Notes: generated from the sequence alone by a model not told the origin. 64,000 nt of DNA from Prochlorococcus sp. AG-363-A03 (GCA_003280445.1 QCEW01000002.1:3969-67968), one strand, 5' to 3'; counted from the stretch's first letter, positions 39,924 through 49,501 are shown. Translations and numbers: made by a program.

Positions 39924-42900
39924 ATGACCAGCAGCGGCAAAATCAGAATTTATGAATTGTCAAAGGACTTGAGCCTTGACAATAAAGATGTGCTGGACGC
40001 AGCTCGAAAACTTGCCATAGCAGCGAAGAGCCATAGCAGTTCGATCAGCAGTAGCGAGGCAAATCAAATTAAAGATTTTCTGAAAAAAAGCAATAATGTA
40101 AAAACGACAAACAAACCTAGTAATAAATTAGATAAAGAAATCCTTTCCGTTAAAAAAGGTCCTGTTAAAACTCAAAAGAATCAGAAACCCGTACTTAAGC
40201 AAAATACTCCTGATAAACCAGAGATTTCAAAAGCAAAATTAAATGTCCCTTTAGAGTCAAGTAAAACTTTAATTAAAACCCATAATGGGTTATCTCAAGC
40301 TAATAACCAAAAAGCTTTAAAAAATAAATTCCCCGCGCACCAACAAATAACTGCACCATCTAAGCCAAACAAACCACTGCCTCCAAAGCCAAGACAAGAA
40401 GCAAATCAAACTATCATTAAACCTTCAACTCAAACTGAGAAGAAAGCTCCTCTTTCCGAAAACAAAACACTTAACAAAGTAACTAACCAATCAACAAGTT
40501 CTGAATCAGCTAAAAAACCAATAACTCAACCTCAACATACTTATAATCAGCAACCCAAGAGACCATTAGCTCCACCAAGCAGACCAAAAATAAATATTCA
40601 AGCAAAAAAACCGTCACAACCTAATAGTCAAAAGCCAAAAGCAAGGATTAACCAAAGTGACACTTCTCCTCAAAAAGTTGGTCCTGGGAATTTTCAAAAA
40701 TTCAAAAATCAAAATAAACAGAATTCGTCTTCAAGAACACCTCAGCCGCCAACTAAGGGAAATGCTCTTGAACTTGTTGGCGCCCCCATACGAAGAGAAA
40801 AGCCTATAAATAAACCTCAGGCCAATGACGCAAGAAACAAACCATTGATGCCTGCTAGACCTGGAGCACCAAAGCCGCCAGTCTCTGCAAATCGTCAAGG
40901 ATTAGCAAATCGACCTGGTCCTAATAACAGATCGGGAGGACCAAGTCGCCCTGGTTCACCTAATAGACAAGGTCCTAATCGAGGCGGAGTAGCTAATAGA
41001 CCTATTCAGAATCAGAATCGTCCAGGGGCTAATAATCGAGCTGGAGGGCCAGTTCGCCCTGGATCCCCTAATAGAGGTGGAGTACAAAATAGACCTGGCG
41101 TTCCTTCAAGGACAGCTGGTGGGGCTAATCGTTCTAATAATCGTCCAGGTGTTCCATCTGGGATGAGAAAACCAGTTGCGCCAAGTGAATTGATGCAACT
41201 TCAAAAGCCACAAGCTAGACCAAGTGCTCCTCAAAGAAAATCTGATTCTCCAACTAGTCCTAGACCAAAAAGAGAAAATGCAACTGGGGCAAGGCCACCA
41301 GTAAATAGACCAACTCCAGCAGCTCCAAAGAAGCCAGCTCATAGACCAGGTGGTACCGCCGCTGCTCCAAGAAGGACTGGCAGGCCTGATTGGGATGACA
41401 CTGCAAAACTAGATGCTTTAAGAAACAAATCACCTCAAAAACAGCGTCAAAAAGTACACATTATTGGAGAAAATGATGATGCTCTTACTGCCGAGACAAG
41501 TGGATTTGCAGGGGAACAGCAAGCAGTTGTTCTCTCAGCAAGCTTGGCTCGACCATCAAAGCCAAAGTCTGGCAAAAGAAACAATGGGAAGCCTTTAACT
41601 GCTCTCAAAAAACGTAAGAAAGAAACTACTCGTCAAAGGCAACGAAGACGTGCGATGGAATTAAGAGCCGCTAGGGAAGCAAAACTTGTAAGGCCTGAAA
41701 TGATTGTTGTTCCAGAAGACAATCTCACAGTTCAGGAGCTTGCTGACATGCTGAGTGTTGAAAGTTCCGAAATTATTAAATCTTTGTTTTTCAAAGGAAT
41801 TACGGCCACTGTCACTCAATCACTCGATCTAGCAACAATCGAAACAGTTGCGGAGGAATTCGGAGTACCTGTTCTTCAAGATGATGTTGAAGAGGCTGCG
41901 AAGAAGACAGTTGAAATGATTGAGGAGGGAGATTTAAAACATTTAATGAGAAGACCTCCCGTCGTTACTGTGATGGGGCACGTAGACCATGGGAAAACAT
42001 CTTTACTTGACGCCATTAGGGAAGCAAGAGTCGCGGCAGGGGAAGCAGGAGGTATTACTCAACACATTGGTGCTTATCAAATCGAAACTAAACATGATGG
42101 AGCAACCAAGAAGCTAACTTTTCTTGACACTCCAGGGCATGAAGCCTTCACAGCGATGAGAGCCAGAGGCACCAGGGTTACAGATGTAGCTATCTTAGTT
42201 GTAGCTGCAGATGATGGGGTTAGACCTCAAACTCTTGAAGCTATTAGCCATGCAAGAGCTGCAAAAGTTCCCATCGTCGTAGCAATTAATAAAATAGATA
42301 AAGAAGGATCTTCTCCAGACCGCGTAAAACAAGAGTTATCAGAACAGGATTTATTATCAGAAGAGTGGGGTGGAGACGTAGTAATGGTTCCTGTAAGCGC
42401 AATTAAAGGCGAAAACATCGATAAACTTTTAGAAATGGTTTTGCTCGTAACTGAGGTAGAGGATTTACAAGCGAATCCAGACAGATTAGCAAAAGGCACA
42501 GTTATTGAAGCCCACCTAGACAAAGCGAAAGGGCCTGTTGCAACGTTACTAGTTCAAAACGGTACCCTTAAATCAGGAGATGTAGTTGCAGCTGGTCCAG
42601 TTCTTGGAAAAGTAAGAGCGATGGTAGATGAAAATGGATCCAGGATTAAACAAGCAGGTCCATCCTGTCCAGTCGAAGCTCTTGGATTCAGTGAAGTCCC
42701 AACTGCAGGAGATGAGTTTGAAGTTTATCCAGATGAGAAGGCAGCAAGAGCAGTTGTTGGAGAACGCGCCACTGATGCTAGAGCCGCACGTCTTGCCCAA
42801 CAAATGGCTTCTAGACGAGTTTCACTTTCTTCGATGTCTGGACAAGCAAGTGAGGGTGAACTTAAAGAATTAAATATAATCCTTAAAGCTGATGTTCAAG

Positions 42901-43478
42901 GAAGCTTAGAAGCGATACTTGGTTCTTTAGAACAACTTCCTAAAGACGAAGTCCAAGTAAGGGTATTGCTATCAGCTCCAGGTGAAATTACTGAAACTGA
43001 TGTTGACTTAGCAGCAGCCTCTGGTGCGGTCATAGTTGGATTCAATACTTCAATGGCATCGGGTGCTAAACGCGCAGCTGATGCGAATGGTGTTGACGTA
43101 AGAGATTACGAGGTTATTTATAAGCTTTTAGAAGATATCCAATTAGCCATGGAGGGTCTTCTAGAACCAGAAATGATAGAAGAAGCCTTAGGGGTTGCTG
43201 AGGTCAGAGCAATATTCTCTATTGGTAAAAGTGCCGTTGCTGGTTGCTATGTAACAAATGGAAAAATACAACGGAATTGCCGGGCTAGAGTCAAACGAGG
43301 AAAGCAAATCGTTTTTGAAGGCGATCTAGATTCACTGAAGAGAAATAAAGATGACGTAAAAGACGTATCAACTGGATTTGAATGTGGAATAGGTTGTGAT
43401 CGCTTTGCAAACTGGGAAGAAGGAGATCAAATAGAAGCATTCAAGCTTGTAACTCAAAGGAGAAAGCTAAATAATTAG
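39924..43478 (+). CDS. infB: Translation initiation factor IF-2
   Basis: RIYELSK N-terminus, [20 protein letters not shown]; long low-complexity N-terminal region. Confidence 0.99.
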   Translation: MTSSGKIRIYELSKDLSLDNKDVLDAARKLAIAAKSHSSSISSSEANQIKDFLKKSNNVKTTNKPSNKLDKEILSVKKGPVKTQKNQKPVLKQNTPDKPEISKAKLNVPLESSKTLIKTHNGLSQANNQKALKNKFPAHQQITAPSKPNKPLPPKPRQEANQTIIKPSTQTEKKAPLSENKTLNKVTNQSTSSESAKKPITQPQHTYNQQPKRPLAPPSRPKINIQAKKPSQPNSQKPKARINQSDTSPQKVGPGNFQKFKNQNKQNSSSRTPQPPTKGNALELVGAPIRREKPINKPQANDARNKPLMPARPGAPKPPVSANRQGLANRPGPNNRSGGPSRPGSPNRQGPNRGGVANRPIQNQNRPGANNRAGGPVRPGSPNRGGVQNRPGVPSRTAGGANRSNNRPGVPSGMRKPVAPSELMQLQKPQARPSAPQRKSDSPTSPRPKRENATGARPPVNRPTPAAPKKPAHRPGGTAAAPRRTGRPDWDDTAKLDALRNKSPQKQRQKVHIIGENDDALTAETSGFAGEQQAVVLSASLARPSKPKSGKRNNGKPLTALKKRKKETTRQRQRRRAMELRAAREAKLVRPEMIVVPEDNLTVQELADMLSVESSEIIKSLFFKGITATVTQSLDLATIETVAEEFGVPVLQDDVEEAAKKTVEMIEEGDLKHLMRRPPVVTVMGHVDHGKTSLLDAIREARVAAGEAGGITQHIGAYQIETKHDGATKKLTFLDTPGHEAFTAMRARGTRVTDVAILVVAADDGVRPQTLEAISHARAAKVPIVVAINKIDKEGSSPDRVKQELSEQDLLSEEWGGDVVMVPVSAIKGENIDKLLEMVLLVTEVEDLQANPDRLAKGTVIEAHLDKAKGPVATLLVQNGTLKSGDVVAAGPVLGKVRAMVDENGSRIKQAGPSCPVEALGFSEVPTAGDEFEVYPDEKAARAVVGERATDARAARLAQQMASRRVSLSSMSGQASEGELKELNIILKADVQGSLEAILGSLEQLPKDEVQVRVLLSAPGEITETDVDLAAASGAVIVGFNTSMASGAKRAADANGVDVRDYEVIYKLLEDIQLAMEGLLEPEMIEEALGVAEVRAIFSIGKSAVAGCYVTNGKIQRNCRARVKRGKQIVFEGDLDSLKRNKDDVKDVSTGFECGIGCDRFANWEEGDQIEAFKLVTQRRKLNN

Positions 43479-43536
43479 GTAGGTTTATTATTCAGAGCTA
43501 ATATCTCAATAAATATAATCAATAAAAGCCAGAAAA

Positions 43537-43803
43537 CTAATTTGACTCCTCTTTACTCCTGTCCTTAAATAACAAAAATCCTAGAATCACTAATGCTGAG
43601 GATTGGATTGCAAGATCATTGATAGATACAGTATCTCCCGCAATGATATTTGTCAGCATAATAAACAAACCTAGGGCCGCTGACCCAAAGAGTGCGATCC
43701 AAACAGCTCTTCTCAAGCCCCGATAAGGATTTTTAGTCTCCTGCAATAGTCGAGCCCTTAAATTAGGATCCAGATTGGATCCAGGCTTATTAGAGTTGCT
43801 CAA
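43537..43803 (-). CDS. DUF3493-like (LPA1-related) small membrane protein
   Basis: LRARLLQETKNPYRGLRRAVWIALFGSA plus two TM helices. TTG at 43803 chosen because the longer ORF-track start runs through the tRNA. Confidence 0.75.
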   Translation of the reverse strand: MSNSNKPGSNLDPNLRARLLQETKNPYRGLRRAVWIALFGSAALGLFIMLTNIIAGDTVSINDLAIQSSALVILGFLLFKDRSKEESN

Positions 43804-43836
43804 AAATAAAATTAAAGATGATAAATTTATTCTAGT

Positions 43837-43908
43837 GCCGGTGTAGCTCAGGGGTAGAGCAACTGATTCGTAACCAGTAGGTCGGTGGTTCAATTCCACT
43901 CATCGGCA
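43837..43908 (+). tRNA. tRNA-Thr(CGT)
   Basis: Cloverleaf GCCGGTG/CATCGGC acceptor stem, GCTC/GAGC D-stem, anticodon CGT at 43869-43871, GGTGG-TTCAATT-CCACT T-arm; no encoded CCA. Confidence 0.95.
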
Positions 43909-44169
43909 TAAAGTTTTTGAATGGCTTTAGAGAAAATTTGACTGAAAGAAGGTGCTCTAAATAAATCAGACTTATTCAAATATTTCTTCTTTTATCAAAA
44001 CTGTAATTACTCCTGAAATGACAAAGATCTTCCCTTAGAAAATAACTCTGAATAATGATTCGAAGAAAAGCGCCTAGGTATTCTGCTCATAACGAAAGTG
44101 ATCTCGATATGTTAGGGTCTTAGCGCTCTAAATGTATGTCATCGGTTTTTACCCTTACAAACAAAGGTT

Positions 44170-44916
44170 ATGACTTCTACTGCTCCTAATGAGAATGTTA
44201 AGGATAATTTAAAAGATCAAATTTCTTGCAAATTAGTCTCAGAAATAATTCGCGAACGCATTCAAGCCAATGGAGCTAGGTTCCATGCAAATGATAATAT
44301 ATCTGATTTCATTCAACCTGGAGAATTAGAAACTCTTGAGAGAGAAGTTGCAACGAGAGTTAGAGATTTGCTGAAAACTTTATTGATTGATGTTGATAAT
44401 GACCACAACACTCAAGAGACTGCAGAACGTGTTTCCAGAATGTATCTCAATGAAGTATTCAAAGGCAGATACCACCCTCAACCTAAAGTAACCAACTTCC
44501 CTAATGATAGAAATTTAGACGAGATTTATACACTTGGTCCAATTACTGTTCGATCTGCATGTTCTCATCACTTGGTCCCAATTCTTGGAGATTGCTGGAT
44601 AGGAATAAAACCAGGAGAAAAAGTTATTGGAATATCGAAATTCGCAAGAGTAGCTGATTGGGTATTTTCCAGGCCACATATTCAAGAAGAAGCCGTAATG
44701 ATTCTTGCTGATGAAATAGAACGATTATGTGAACCCAAAGGCCTAGCAATCCTTGTTAAAGCTCAACATTATTGTATGAAATGGAGAGGAGTCAAAGAAC
44801 CAGAAACCAGCATGATCAACTCAATTGTTAGGGGTGATTTTCGTCATGATGCAAGCTTGAAGCAGGAGTTCTTCGAACTTGTTAAGCAACAGTCAAACTT
44901 CGGTAAAAACTACTAA
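44170..44916 (+). CDS. folE: GTP cyclohydrolase I (type IA, Zn-dependent)
   Basis: ETAERVSRMY, RSACSHHLVP, GISKFARV, RPHIQE, QHYCMKWRGV. Confidence 0.95.
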   Translation: MTSTAPNENVKDNLKDQISCKLVSEIIRERIQANGARFHANDNISDFIQPGELETLEREVATRVRDLLKTLLIDVDNDHNTQETAERVSRMYLNEVFKGRYHPQPKVTNFPNDRNLDEIYTLGPITVRSACSHHLVPILGDCWIGIKPGEKVIGISKFARVADWVFSRPHIQEEAVMILADEIERLCEPKGLAILVKAQHYCMKWRGVKEPETSMINSIVRGDFRHDASLKQEFFELVKQQSNFGKNY

Positions 44917-44960
44917 TTCAACTAAAAAGGGTATTCCGTACAACTTTTGAAAAATCTCTC

Positions 44961-45443
44961 CTAGAGAAAAGAGGGATCTAATAGTGAAGGTCGATAAGAA
45001 AGTAAAAACGGCCTGTGATTACTCCTAACTGCGATGATCAAATCTTCCCCTGTGTGCCATATCCATTGTTGCTCAGGAGATCCGTCTTCAATATCAACAT
45101 TTGTTCCAACTGGAGAACCAAAACGATAACGCAATCCTGCTAAAACCTCCGTCATGTTTTCGTTATCAATTTCATAAGCAAGTTGTCTTAATCCAGCCTC
45201 CTTGTCAATCCGAACTCTCAGAGCCTCTACAGGTAAACCACTTATTTGAATATCTTTCACTTCGAATAAATTCTGATTTGTTTTTTCTTTGATAGGAATC
45301 AAAGAGACACCAAGATGAGTCTCTACATTCGACAGATCCATTCCCCATTTCAAGCCTTCAACACATGCATCAACTGGTTGAGAAAAAACATGAATAAGAA
45401 AAGCAAAAACTATAATCAAAATATATTTAGAAGCCTTAGTCAT
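44961..45443 (-). CDS. Hypothetical secreted/periplasmic protein
   Basis: Signal peptide (MTKASKYILIIVFAFLIHVFSQPVDA), then CVEGLKWGM. Confidence 0.7.
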   Translation of the reverse strand: MTKASKYILIIVFAFLIHVFSQPVDACVEGLKWGMDLSNVETHLGVSLIPIKEKTNQNLFEVKDIQISGLPVEALRVRIDKEAGLRQLAYEIDNENMTEVLAGLRYRFGSPVGTNVDIEDGSPEQQWIWHTGEDLIIAVRSNHRPFLLSYRPSLLDPSFL

Positions 45444-45597
45444 AGTTGAATTGAACCCTTATTAATCTTGATAATAGATCTTTAAATATAAATAGTCATT
45501 ATTGTCACTCTTCAGAAATTAAATCTCTATTATAGAGATAATATATTTTATATTGTCTACTCAATTAGCTTAATCAAAGTAAAAGCAAACATTAGCA

Positions 45598-46806
45598 TCA
45601 GAACTTGAAAGTGGTTTTCACTAAAGCTCCATTAACGTCTTCTTTACCATCTTTCTCGATAACAAAGATAGCTGGAGTAACTGTAACGCTATCGTTCACT
45701 TTGAAATCATAAAAAGCCTCCCAAGCCAAAGGATCGTCATAACCACTATCCTCTCTATGTGTTTCGGCTGTTCCAATGCCAAAACCAAACTTATTTCCCT
45801 CAATGAACGCATCATTCCATAAGAATCCAACAGACCATGTATTACCATCTTCCACCTTATTCATCGCAGTATCAGGGCTATCCTCATTTTCAGGATTTTT
45901 CCATCCCATTCCTGCACTCAGGCTATAGTCATCGCCAAATTGATAGCTACCACTAACCCCAAAAGAAGAGTAGTCGTTAATATCAGGAGAATTGTCAGTC
46001 TTCCCGTTATCAGCCTTTGTATATGCAGCTGCAAGAGTAAATTTCTCATCAACCCATGCCAACTGAGTTGTTATGTGGTCTTTACCTTCATCGGCTAAGA
46101 AGCCAATCGAAGAATTTGATGCGTCTTCTGAAACGAAAAGTGCAGAAGCAACTAACTTTTCATTGGACCAAGTAATTCCAGCTCCAGCACCCATCTTTTT
46201 GGAATAAGTATCATTCGCACCTGCCTGATTTAAGACGAATAAAACTCCATCACCTGGATAAGTACTAGGCCACACTCCAAGCAAATCATCCTGGCGGAGC
46301 TTCGGTCCAAAAGTTACTTCAATATCATCTCCAATAGGGAACTGATAATAAGCCTTATGAAGTTCTAACGAATCACTACTACTGAAAGCAGTATCTAATC
46401 TTGCCTCACCCATCATCCCGAAGGGCTCCATCATGCCAAAATTACCTACGCGAACAGCAGTCTTAAGCATGTCTTGGCCAGTAAAACTGGTCATAAACAT
46501 CAGCTTTGTATCGTAATGAAAAACTGTCCCATCCTTTTCCTCAGAAGTAGACATTCCACCCATTCCACCCATTCCACCCATTCCACCCATTCCACCCATT
46601 CCAGAATCACTTACGCCATCTACTCCACCCAAAACAAAAGTCGTTTTTCCCATAAACATAGTTGAAGGGTATGAATCCCCCATATTCATGTCACCACCAT
46701 GATGATCATGATGACCTTTATGATCGCCACCTCCAGCTTCGACAGCTGCTGGAGCAAGAAGACCTATCGCAACAGGGAATAAAAGAATTTTACTGAGATT
46801 TTTCAA
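45598..46806 (-). CDS. Cyanobacterial-type outer membrane porin with His-rich N-terminus and (GGM)n loop, lacking SLH domain
   Basis: Signal peptide, GKTTFVLGGV, TSFTGQDMLKTAVRVGNF, YYQFPIG, WEAFYDFKVNDSVTVTPAIF, terminal KTTFKF; all typical of Som-type porins. Confidence 0.88.
   Translation of the reverse strand: MKNLSKILLFPVAIGLLAPAAVEAGGGDHKGHHDHHGGDMNMGDSYPSTMFMGKTTFVLGGVDGVSDSGMGGMGGMGGMGGMGGMSTSEEKDGTVFHYDTKLMFMTSFTGQDMLKTAVRVGNFGMMEPFGMMGEARLDTAFSSSDSLELHKAYYQFPIGDDIEVTFGPKLRQDDLLGVWPSTYPGDGVLFVLNQAGANDTYSKKMGAGAGITWSNEKLVASALFVSEDASNSSIGFLADEGKDHITTQLAWVDEKFTLAAAYTKADNGKTDNSPDINDYSSFGVSGSYQFGDDYSLSAGMGWKNPENEDSPDTAMNKVEDGNTWSVGFLWNDAFIEGNKFGFGIGTAETHREDSGYDDPLAWEAFYDFKVNDSVTVTPAIFVIEKDGKEDVNGALVKTTFKF
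46552..46603 (-). repeat. Perfect 9-bp tandem repeat (CATTCCACC)x5.8 encoding Gly-Gly-Met
   Basis: Five exact copies plus a partial copy read directly inside the porin gene. Confidence 0.95.
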
Positions 46807-46891
46807 ATTTTTAACTAGTGTTTCTAGTTTTACTACTTTTAATTTTAGGCTTTGTTTTTCCTAGCGTTCTTGGTTGTATGCCTCTTGAATA

Positions 46892-46907
46892 TGTGACTTT
46901 CGATACA
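46892..46907. promoter_or_regulatory. Possible NtcA/CRP-family site between porin and DUF3721 genes
   Basis: TGTGACTTTCGATACA = TGTG-N8-TACA, one mismatch to NtcA TGTA-N8-TACA. Confidence 0.35.
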
Positions 46908-47098
46908 TATTAGAAAATCATTTTTTTGACAAGTGGAAGAAGAGATATTACGCACCTACATTTTAATGATTGCAAGAACTGAGGAAAAGATAGGCTTCTT
47001 TCATTCTTTAATTATTTAGAAGCAATCTTAAGGAACTTATGACAACAATAAGAATCTAATTAATCTAAATACTAGAAAAGCTAGTAAAACCAAAAAGG

Positions 47099-47347
47099 AT
47101 GAAAAACCTTAAGCCTATTGTTTCTGTTTTGGTTATATCACTGTCATTCTCACTAATGGGCTGTTCAAGCAACTCAGAAACAAGCAGTACTCGTGCCCTC
47201 TTTGATACTAGAAAAGAAGCTGAAAACGCTGCCAAGGATTTCAATTGCAAGGGTGCTCATAAAATGGGTGACAAATGGATGCCTTGCAAAAGTCATGATG
47301 CTCATGAAAAAGGAGAAAAACATGAGGGACATCACCATCATCACTAA
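47099..47347 (+). CDS. DUF3721-like lipoprotein with poly-His tail
   Basis: Lipobox LMGC; FDTRKEAENAAKDFNCKGAHKMGDKWMPC motif; ends in HEGHHHHH. Confidence 0.8.
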   Translation: MKNLKPIVSVLVISLSFSLMGCSSNSETSSTRALFDTRKEAENAAKDFNCKGAHKMGDKWMPCKSHDAHEKGEKHEGHHHHH

Positions 47348-47359
47348 AAAGTTTAAGCA

Positions 47360-47803
47360 ATGACAACTTCACATACTTCTAAGAAGGAAGCATCAGAAGG
47401 TCCTTCTCATTGTGGAAGCCAACCAAAAAAAATTGCATTTGGCATAGCACCACTTGGATTCATTTCCATTGGAATTGTTCCCATGGGGATTGTAAGCATT
47501 GGGATTGTTCCCATGGGCGTCGTTTCTATTGGCGCTGTAGCCATGGGAGTATTAAATGCCTCAATAGTAGGAATGGGAATATTTTCTGCCGGAATAACAA
47601 CCATGGGTCTTAAGGTATGGAGTCCAGAAAACAATGCTATTCAGGAGTCAATCAATCGTTCTAATTCTTCGTCTTCAAAAAATATATATGCATATCCAAC
47701 CAAAGCTCAGGCAGAGATCGAAGCCAAAAAGCTCGGATGCAATGGTGTCCATAAGATGGGTAAATTATGGATGCCTTGTGCAGTCCATATCAACCCTAAC
47801 TAA
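47360..47803 (+). CDS. Gly-periodic hydrophobic repeat protein with C-terminal DUF3721-like domain
   Basis: GIAPLGFISI-GIVPMGIVSI-GIVPMGVVSI-GAVAMG repeats, then YPTKAQAEIEAKKLGCNGVHKMGKLWMPC. Confidence 0.78.
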   Translation: MTTSHTSKKEASEGPSHCGSQPKKIAFGIAPLGFISIGIVPMGIVSIGIVPMGVVSIGAVAMGVLNASIVGMGIFSAGITTMGLKVWSPENNAIQESINRSNSSSSKNIYAYPTKAQAEIEAKKLGCNGVHKMGKLWMPCAVHINPN

Positions 47804-47937
47804 TCTTGAAGTAATGAAGAATCTAAGGTAGTCGTATAAGATTCTTGGCAATATAGCTACAAACGCTTCAATTCATCCTCACAGTTTTTATAACAACTTA
47901 GGATTGCATTAACTTGCGAACAGTGATCTTAATTGAT

Positions 47938-48555
47938 CTAAGAATATATATCTTCAACTAATTTTGAACCCTTTTCGCAAATTTGCTGCTGTGAAGGGAA
48001 CTGTTTATCGGAGCAACAACATTCTCCTCTATCTGAATTGTTGATCCAATTAATGATCCCTGTTCTGATTGGTTGAGGACATACTTGTCCTTCTTTAAGG
48101 TGATTGATTTCTTCACTTGTTAAAGGATCAGCATGTTCAATAAAAAGCGACTCTTTAAGCCTAAAAGAACATGTCTCATTCCATTGTTCAAAACAATTTA
48201 TATGGTTTATAAAATCATTCCATGCTTCTTTCATTGATCTATATCCCTTCCTTTTTAACTCTTTGCTGAAAACAGCTTTGATGAATTCATTAAAATTCTG
48301 CAATTCATGAGGTGTAAAAGATGGTTTAACATGGCTCTCATAATCAGGAAAGTCAATTTTCTTCTCTATTGATTGCAATCTTTGTTCAATCATTTGAAAT
48401 CGAGAATCTATCGATTCAACAGGCAGGTTCTCTATTTGATTAACAAAACAATCAGAGACATAACTAACCAACGATTTGCCCGAAATCCTTGCACTCTCTT
48501 TAATCTTTTCTAAGAGTTTTGGGTCAATACTTACATTGAGTTGAGTTCTCTTCAT
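47938..48555 (-). CDS. Ribbon-helix-helix (CopG-like) domain protein with Cys-rich C-terminus
   Basis: MKRTQLNVSIDPKLLEKIKESARISGKSLVSYV fits the RHH pattern; C-terminal CPQP...GECCCS...QIC. Confidence 0.7.
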   Translation of the reverse strand: MKRTQLNVSIDPKLLEKIKESARISGKSLVSYVSDCFVNQIENLPVESIDSRFQMIEQRLQSIEKKIDFPDYESHVKPSFTPHELQNFNEFIKAVFSKELKRKGYRSMKEAWNDFINHINCFEQWNETCSFRLKESLFIEHADPLTSEEINHLKEGQVCPQPIRTGIINWINNSDRGECCCSDKQFPSQQQICEKGSKLVEDIYS

Positions 48556-48715
48556 GAGTTAATCAATGAAAGGCTGGAAAAAATCCAATTAATTAATATT
48601 TTATTGAATTCAAAACCATATCGTTAGCATTTTCAGATTTCTTGATCTTTAAGAAGCTATCTCTTTTCATCCATCCCAAAAGTCCATCTAAGAAGCAATA
48701 AGAGTAAAAATAAAT

Positions 48716-49501
48716 CTATCTATTGTTTCGTAGCAAAATCAATGAAATCACACAAAGAACACTAATCAAAGGTCCAGGAGGCAAATTCAAAATCATAGCC
48801 AGCGAAAAACCTATAAGCGATAAAATTAATCCAAATATGGAGGATCTAACCATCGCAATCCATAAAGATCTTGCTTTCTGTAATCCCAACAAAGTTGGGG
48901 TTGAAAGTAACGCAATCACAAGAATAACTCCCACTGCAGACATTGAACTCACAATGACAAGTGCCGTAGTAAAACCAAGAGCCAAATTTAAAACAGATAC
49001 GTTAACTCCACTTGAAGCAGCTCCTTCTGGATCAAGACCAATATGAACAAGCTTGTCGTAACCAAAAAGCATCAAGCAAATAAATACCGAGAAAGCGATC
49101 AAAGTTCTTAGCAGATCACTCAAATTTGCAGTTAATAAATCTCCAAATAAAACAGCCTCCAAATCAATCCTGATACCCAGTAGAGGTATAAGCAAAACAC
49201 CGAGTCCCATCGAACCAGCAAGAATTGTATTCATAACCGCTTCATAATTTTGATTTTTTTTATTTGTCAAACTTTCTGCTGCAATAGCTCCTACCAAGCC
49301 GCTGATGACTCCACCAATAGAAGGATCCAAACCGAGCGCCATAGCCAAAGCAAGACCTGGCAGTACACAATGCGAAATTAAATTAACTTGAAGAAGCCTT
49401 TTATGAGTTATCAATACAGTCCCCATAGCAGGGCAAAGCACTCCTGAAAAGGAAGTTATCAGAAGAGGAATTATCCACCAATTTGTATTGATAAAAGACA
49501 T
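48716..49501 (-). CDS. znuB: Zn/Mn ABC transporter permease
   Basis: ABC-3 motifs ISHCVLPG, VLFGDLL, FTTALVIVSSMSAVGVILVIALL. Confidence 0.88.
   Translation of the reverse strand: MSFINTNWWIIPLLITSFSGVLCPAMGTVLITHKRLLQVNLISHCVLPGLALAMALGLDPSIGGVISGLVGAIAAESLTNKKNQNYEAVMNTILAGSMGLGVLLIPLLGIRIDLEAVLFGDLLTANLSDLLRTLIAFSVFICLMLFGYDKLVHIGLDPEGAASSGVNVSVLNLALGFTTALVIVSSMSAVGVILVIALLSTPTLLGLQKARSLWIAMVRSSIFGLILSLIGFSLAMILNLPPGPLISVLCVISLILLRNNR

Noticed and set aside
43804-43899. N-terminal extension of the 43537..43899 ORF
   Set aside because: It is the antisense reading of tRNA-Thr; the real start is probably TTG 43803.
46552-46603. Possible CRISPR array
   Set aside because: 9-bp head-to-tail repeats without spacers, inside a CDS; no cas genes.
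46474-46665. ORF with HSTHSTHST repeats
   Set aside because: Antisense shadow of the GGM repeat in the porin gene.
46905-46927. Second Zur box upstream of the porin
   Set aside because: Only one half-site (ATCATTTT) matches; the other half has 2 of 6 matches.
47634-47831. 65-aa alternate-frame ORF suggesting a frameshift product
   Set aside because: The main frame already encodes an intact DUF3721-like domain; no convincing slippery site.
47868-47890. Yfr1-like ACTCCTCACAC motif (CATCCTCACAG)
   Set aside because: Imperfect match and no flanking hairpins.
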